A stretch of DNA of 64,000 nucleotides from Candidatus Binatia bacterium. GTDB taxonomy: Bacteria > Desulfobacterota > Binatia > Bin18. Location of the stretch: assembly GCA_963666315.2 (NCBI GenBank), contig CAXXHG010000043.1:608001-672000 (forward strand), written 5' to 3'. Of this stretch, positions 59,617 to 64,000 are shown piece by piece (the stretch's first letter is position 1; every line of letters begins with the position of its first letter). The notes beneath the pieces were generated by a model. It saw only the letters and a program-made list of their open reading frames with translations, made no database searches and was not told the origin of the DNA. The translations under genes were made by a program, and so were the position numbers.

Positions 59617-61374
59617 ATGACTATGCTTCCTCACGGACATTATCTCAGTGAACAGCACTTCTTAATTTTCCTCGTGCAGATTCTCCTATTGCTGACATTG
59701 GCGCGTGGATTTGGAGAAGTCCTCCGGCATTGGGGGCACCCGCCCGTTGTCGGAGAAATTTTGGTGGGCTTGCTCCTCGGCCCGACCCTGCTCGGACGCA
59801 TAGCGCCTGAATTGTATCAGGCCCTTTTCCCACCCGATCCGATACAGCACACCATGCTGGCAACAGTGGCTTGGTTCGGCGTGCTTTTACTGCTCTTGGA
59901 GACCGGCCTTGAAGTCGATGTATCTGCGGCCTGGCAGCAGAGGGGCTCTGCGCTGCGCATCGGGATCATCGGCGTCATTATTCCCTTGGCGCTTGGCTTT
60001 CTTCTGTCTCTTTTCCTGCCCGACCGGTATCTCGCCGCGCCGGACCAACGGATTATATTTGCGTTGTTTTTAGGAACGACTATGGCCATTAGTGCCATGG
60101 TCATTATCGCGCGCGTATTGCATGACCTTGATCTCGTCAAGAGTGACCTCGGGCTCTTAACCCTGTGTGGTTATGCGGTCAACGATATTTTGGCGTGGGT
60201 CATTCTCAGCCTCGTGTTTGCCTCTGCGGCCAGTGCCACGCTGAGCGTCGGCGCTGTTGTCATATTGCTGAGTACTGCCGTCGGCTTTACGGCCTTTTGT
60301 CTGTCGTTCGGCTTGCGCATTGTTGACCGATCTCTGGCCGGACTGGTGAAACAGCTCCCTCAACAACCCGGCACAGTTCTCACTTTTGTGTGCTGCTTAG
60401 GACTCCTGTGCGGAGCAGTAACGCAGTGGATCGGATTGACCGCGCTGCTGGGATTTTTTCTGGCTGGGATTATGGCTGGAGACGCGAGCGCCTTATCTGA
60501 GCGAGTGCGGCAGATTCTGACCCAAATGGTCCACGCTATTTTTGTGCCGCTGTACTTTGCCAGCATTGCTCTACAGATAGACTTCCTGGAAAACTTTGAC
60601 ACCTTCCTGGTGCTTTTCGTGACTGTCGTTTCGATTGGGGGCAAGTATTTCGGGGCGTGGCTGGGAGCACAACGGGCTGGGCTATCTAACGTGGACTGCG
60701 TCTCAATCGGTATTGCCTTTACCCCAAGCGGAGTCACCGGCATTGTGGTGGCAGCGGTCGCGGTTGAGTATCAGATCATTACCATTCCGGTGTTTGTCTC
60801 CATCGTTTTCTCCGCGCTGATCTCTTCCCTTATTGTGGGCCCGTGGCTGGTCTGGTCGCTTCGGCGCAGACCGACCATAAATATCAGCGAGCTTTTTGTA
60901 CGCCGCGCCATGATTCCCAATCTGCAGGCAACGACCCGCCAGGCTGTGATCCAAGAACTGTGTCAGGAGTTGGCAGAACACGACCACGTGCCGGATTATG
61001 AGACTTTATCTGCGGCGGTCTGTGCGCGGGAGAAATTGATGGGAACCGGCGTCGGAAATGGTATTGCTGTGCCCCACGCTCGGCTGGAGGTACTCTCCAA
61101 ACCTATCATTACCTGTGGGCGCTCGCTGATTGGCGTGGACTGGGACGCGCCGGATGGTTTGCCGGTGCATCTCGTCTTTCTCTTGTTAACGCCCACCCAG
61201 GATGAGGGGGCGCAGCTCCAGATTCTCGCTGCGCTGGCGCGTACCATGGGGGAGGAAGCAGTGCGTAATGCACTCGTGCAAGCCCCGAATGAACACGAAC
61301 TGTGGCGGCTCTTGCAAGAGACGCTCAGGTCCCAAGACCTCGTCCTAAATGAACAAACGCATGGACGGGAATAA
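59617..61374 (+). CDS. CPA2 cation:proton antiporter fused to a PTS IIA (Ntr/Fru-type) domain
   Basis: VGEILVG.LLGP, GLE.D, AVND, LGFFLAG, FVPLYF; C-terminal RE..MGTGVG.GIAVPHAR, APDG.PV. Confidence 0.9.
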   Translation: MTMLPHGHYLSEQHFLIFLVQILLLLTLARGFGEVLRHWGHPPVVGEILVGLLLGPTLLGRIAPELYQALFPPDPIQHTMLATVAWFGVLLLLLETGLEVDVSAAWQQRGSALRIGIIGVIIPLALGFLLSLFLPDRYLAAPDQRIIFALFLGTTMAISAMVIIARVLHDLDLVKSDLGLLTLCGYAVNDILAWVILSLVFASAASATLSVGAVVILLSTAVGFTAFCLSFGLRIVDRSLAGLVKQLPQQPGTVLTFVCCLGLLCGAVTQWIGLTALLGFFLAGIMAGDASALSERVRQILTQMVHAIFVPLYFASIALQIDFLENFDTFLVLFVTVVSIGGKYFGAWLGAQRAGLSNVDCVSIGIAFTPSGVTGIVVAAVAVEYQIITIPVFVSIVFSALISSLIVGPWLVWSLRRRPTINISELFVRRAMIPNLQATTRQAVIQELCQELAEHDHVPDYETLSAAVCAREKLMGTGVGNGIAVPHARLEVLSKPIITCGRSLIGVDWDAPDGLPVHLVFLLLTPTQDEGAQLQILAALARTMGEEAVRNALVQAPNEHELWRLLQETLRSQDLVLNEQTHGRE

Positions 61375-61400
61375 CGGGCGCGGCGTGCCTATCTTATTCT

Positions 61401-62816
61401 CTAGAGCAACTTATAGCGTTTCATCCGTTCGCGCAGTACGTTCCGACTCACGCCGAGCAGGCGTGCGGCCTGGACTTGATTATAGCGGGAGAGTTCGAGT
61501 GCCTTGGAAACAACAAGCTGTTCGGACCGGGCGAGAACGTTGCCCACATGCTGAGAAAACAACTCTTCAAGGGTTGTGTTGAGAGCGATTTCGGTACTTG
61601 GGGAGGAGGCTTCGACTGCGGTTTTGTTGCTGATGTCATGCAAGGGCAGATCGTCTTCGGTAATCAAGGGCCCGCGTGTATTGAGTACGGCCTGCGCAAT
61701 AATATTCTCCAGCTCGCGCACATTCCCTGGCCATGTATAGGAGAGCAGTTTTTCACACGCTGTGGGAGAAAATCCTTGCGGTCCGAGCGTCTTAGCCTTC
61801 CCAGTCTTCCTATCGTTGGTGTGGAGCTGCAGCAGGTGGTTCGCGATGAGGAGGATGTCGTCGCCTCGCTCCCGTAAAGGGGGCAGATTGATACGAACGA
61901 CATCGAGACGATAATACAGGTCTTCGCGAAAACGCCCCTCCCGCATAAGTCTGTCGAGGGATTGGTTCGTTGCCGCGATAATCCGTATATCGATGTGTCG
62001 CGGCTGCCGAGCGCCTAACCGGGATATTTCCCGCTCTTGTAAGACCCGCAGCAGTTTGGACTGCAACAGCGGCGGCATGTCGCCGATTTCATCCAAGAAC
62101 AGTGTCCCGCCATGGGCCAGTTCGAATTTCCCCGGCCGCGATTCCACCGCACCGGAGAAGGCGCCCTTTTCGAATCCAAAGAGTTCACTTTCGAGCAGAG
62201 CGTCCGGAATCGCGGCACAGTTGATAGCCAGGAATGGGCCCTTACTCCGTTGGGAATAGGTATGCAGCGCACGTGCAACGAGCTCTTTGCCGGTGCCGCT
62301 CTCGCCTGTGATAAGCACGGTGATATCTCGGGCGGCACTCTTGCCGATAATCTTATACACCTCCTGCATGGCCCGGCTGTTGCCCAGCATAGGGACGGCA
62401 TCCGGCGGACGCGTCTCGGGGATGGCTTGAGGCAGCTGCTGGGGCATTTCTACGGAGGCGTGTTTTTGCAGAGTCTGAGCAATGAGTTGCTTGAGGGCCG
62501 CGACGTCAAACGGCTTCACGAGATAGTCGTCGGCGTCTAGCGCTGTCGAACGGATGGCTGTCTCGGCAGACACAAAGGCCGTCATCATGATAACGGGGAG
62601 GCTTGGTCGGCGCTGTTTGACTTCTTCCAGCGTATCCAGCCCGTCACGGTTCGGCATACGGACGTCCATGAGGATCAGGCGTAAGGCGGGATCGTCTATC
62701 TTGCTGAGGGCTTCGTCGCCTGAATAGGCAGACAGGATTTCGTATTCCTGGCCCAGAACACGCCGAAAGGAGTAATGGACGTTGCGTTCGTCATCAACAA
62801 CAAGAATTTTTTCCAT
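61401..62816 (-). CDS. Sigma-54-dependent response regulator (NtrC/AtoC-type)
   Basis: Receiver VVDD/MDVRMP/VKPF; GESGTGKE, ESELFG, GAFSGA, FLDEIGD, WPGNVREL; Fis-type HTH. Confidence 0.95.
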   Translation of the reverse strand: MEKILVVDDERNVHYSFRRVLGQEYEILSAYSGDEALSKIDDPALRLILMDVRMPNRDGLDTLEEVKQRRPSLPVIMMTAFVSAETAIRSTALDADDYLVKPFDVAALKQLIAQTLQKHASVEMPQQLPQAIPETRPPDAVPMLGNSRAMQEVYKIIGKSAARDITVLITGESGTGKELVARALHTYSQRSKGPFLAINCAAIPDALLESELFGFEKGAFSGAVESRPGKFELAHGGTLFLDEIGDMPPLLQSKLLRVLQEREISRLGARQPRHIDIRIIAATNQSLDRLMREGRFREDLYYRLDVVRINLPPLRERGDDILLIANHLLQLHTNDRKTGKAKTLGPQGFSPTACEKLLSYTWPGNVRELENIIAQAVLNTRGPLITEDDLPLHDISNKTAVEASSPSTEIALNTTLEELFSQHVGNVLARSEQLVVSKALELSRYNQVQAARLLGVSRNVLRERMKRYKLL

Positions 62817-62820
62817 AGTG

Positions 62821-64000
62821 TTATAGTGGCAGCCGAATGACGACCGTTGTGCCTTGCCCCGGTTTGGAGAAGAGCCGGAGTCGGCCGTTGTGTCCTTCAA
62901 TGATACGTTGCGATATGGACAGCCCGAGACCTGTACCGCCTTCTTTGGTAGTAAAAAATGGATCAAAAAGCTGGGACCGAACCAGGGGTGAGATGCCTTC
63001 TCCCTCGTCGGCTATGGTAACCAGGAAGCTGCCACCACTAGTCGTGATCCGGACCGTGAGTGTTCCCCCTCGCGCCATCGCCTGGAGGGCGTTGAGCAAG
63101 AGGTTGAGGAAGACTTGTTTGATCTGGGCACCGTCCACCCAGGCCAAAGGCAGCTCCTGCGCCCACTCTGTATAGATCAAGATCTCGCGAATACGCGCTT
63201 CCGGTCCGATCAACAGCAAGGTCTCCTGCATGATTTCTTCGAGCCGTTCACGTTGAAAATGAGGCGGGCGGGGACGGGCGAATTCCAGAAACTGCTCAAG
63301 CAAGAGCTTCATGCGCTGTAACTCGTCCTGGACAACACTGAGATCATCGGCCAACGCATTATCGAGCGGACTCTCAGATGTTCTGTCCTGCGCCATGGCA
63401 TAAATGAGCATGCTGACCGTATTCAACGGGTTACGGAGTTCGTGGGCCAGGCCGGCTGAGAGTTTGCCCAGGGCTGCCAATTTTTCGGACTGACGCAGCT
63501 GTTCCCTAGACTGCAGTTCTTCCCGGTGCAAGGTCGCATTCTCAATGGCGATGGCGGATTGGCTGGCAAGGAGGGTGAGTAGGCGGATATCATTCTCCTC
63601 AAAGCAGCGTGGCTCAGTCGTGTATACATTCAGCACGCCGATAATATCGGTCTTAGTCCGGAGCGGAACGGAAAGCAGTGAGCACAATCCCTCACGCCGG
63701 GCTAAGTCGGCAACGCGGTAGCGCGTTTCTTTGCGGACATCGGGAGTGTAGAGCGGCCTCCCGGTTTTGATGACTTCGCCGGTCAGGCTAGTTGCCACCT
63801 CGCGGGCCGGCTGGGCAAGATATTTCTCGCTAGCGCCGTGAGTGGCCACAGGACGTAAGGTCCCTTCTTCAGGATCAAGCAGGAGGATAGAGGATACGCG
63901 CGCGGCCATGAGGCGACAGGCATGAGCGACTATGCGCTGCAAAACTTCTTCAAGCTGCAGCGTTGACGAGATTTCCGCACCAACGGTGAACAGAGCTTCG
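62821..64000 (-). CDS. GAF-domain sensor histidine kinase (5' end outside window)
   Basis: GAF domain; LAHELRNPL; QVFLNL..NA; DEGEG; PFFTTK..GTGLGL. Confidence 0.93.
   Translation of the reverse strand, partial: EALFTVGAEISSTLQLEEVLQRIVAHACRLMAARVSSILLLDPEEGTLRPVATHGASEKYLAQPAREVATSLTGEVIKTGRPLYTPDVRKETRYRVADLARREGLCSLLSVPLRTKTDIIGVLNVYTTEPRCFEENDIRLLTLLASQSAIAIENATLHREELQSREQLRQSEKLAALGKLSAGLAHELRNPLNTVSMLIYAMAQDRTSESPLDNALADDLSVVQDELQRMKLLLEQFLEFARPRPPHFQRERLEEIMQETLLLIGPEARIREILIYTEWAQELPLAWVDGAQIKQVFLNLLLNALQAMARGGTLTVRITTSGGSFLVTIADEGEGISPLVRSQLFDPFFTTKEGGTGLGLSISQRIIEGHNGRLRLFSKPGQGTTVVIRLPL

Noticed and set aside
61401-62816. GAFSGA instead of GAFTGA as a sign of sigma-54 independence
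   Set aside because: The T-to-S variant occurs in functional activators and the other AAA+ motifs are intact.
1-64000. CRISPR array, tRNA, rRNA, intact transposase or integrase
   Set aside because: No spaced 23-47 bp repeats, RNA-gene signatures or recombinase motifs seen by eye; a covariance search could still find weak elements.

Overview
Bacterial chromosomal window with no rRNA, tRNA or CRISPR array seen. Several sigma-54 promoters, tandem MoeA, CocE/LLM/crotonase genes and an outer-membrane porin suggest a diderm, possibly deltaproteobacterial-type lineage; this is low-confidence inference. Left to right: (1) the 3' end of a histidine kinase and an ECF sigma factor with an in-frame TGA; (2) an oxidative pentose-phosphate operon (tal-pgi, tkt, rpiA, gnd, zwf, glk, pgl); (3) a lipid-linked (GT-C/GtrAB-like) glycosylation neighbourhood with an AT-rich Alg9/PIG-B-like transferase, interleaved with moeA/moeA-PBP/nitrilase; (4) a ~21 kb mixed region (MocR/PNPOx, glf-GT2, lexA with a CTGT-N8-ACAG box, EVE-LLM, FliA-like sigma, CocE, cyclase, toxin-antitoxin remnant, phage-lysis remnants) with many frameshifted, nonsense-interrupted or internally deleted genes; (5) a urea-utilisation locus with ureB in a divergent operon (ureBGDEF <- -> porin-urtABCDE-ureA-ureC), each arm with a sigma-54 promoter; (6) a CPA2 antiporter-PTS IIA fusion and a GAF kinase/sigma-54 activator pair. 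The best candidate for an undescribed element is a sigma-54-driven, ORF-less, two-hairpin small RNA at ~59150-59335 (-) with a duplicated anti-Shine-Dalgarno-like seed, lying between the urease operon and the sigma-54 two-component system.
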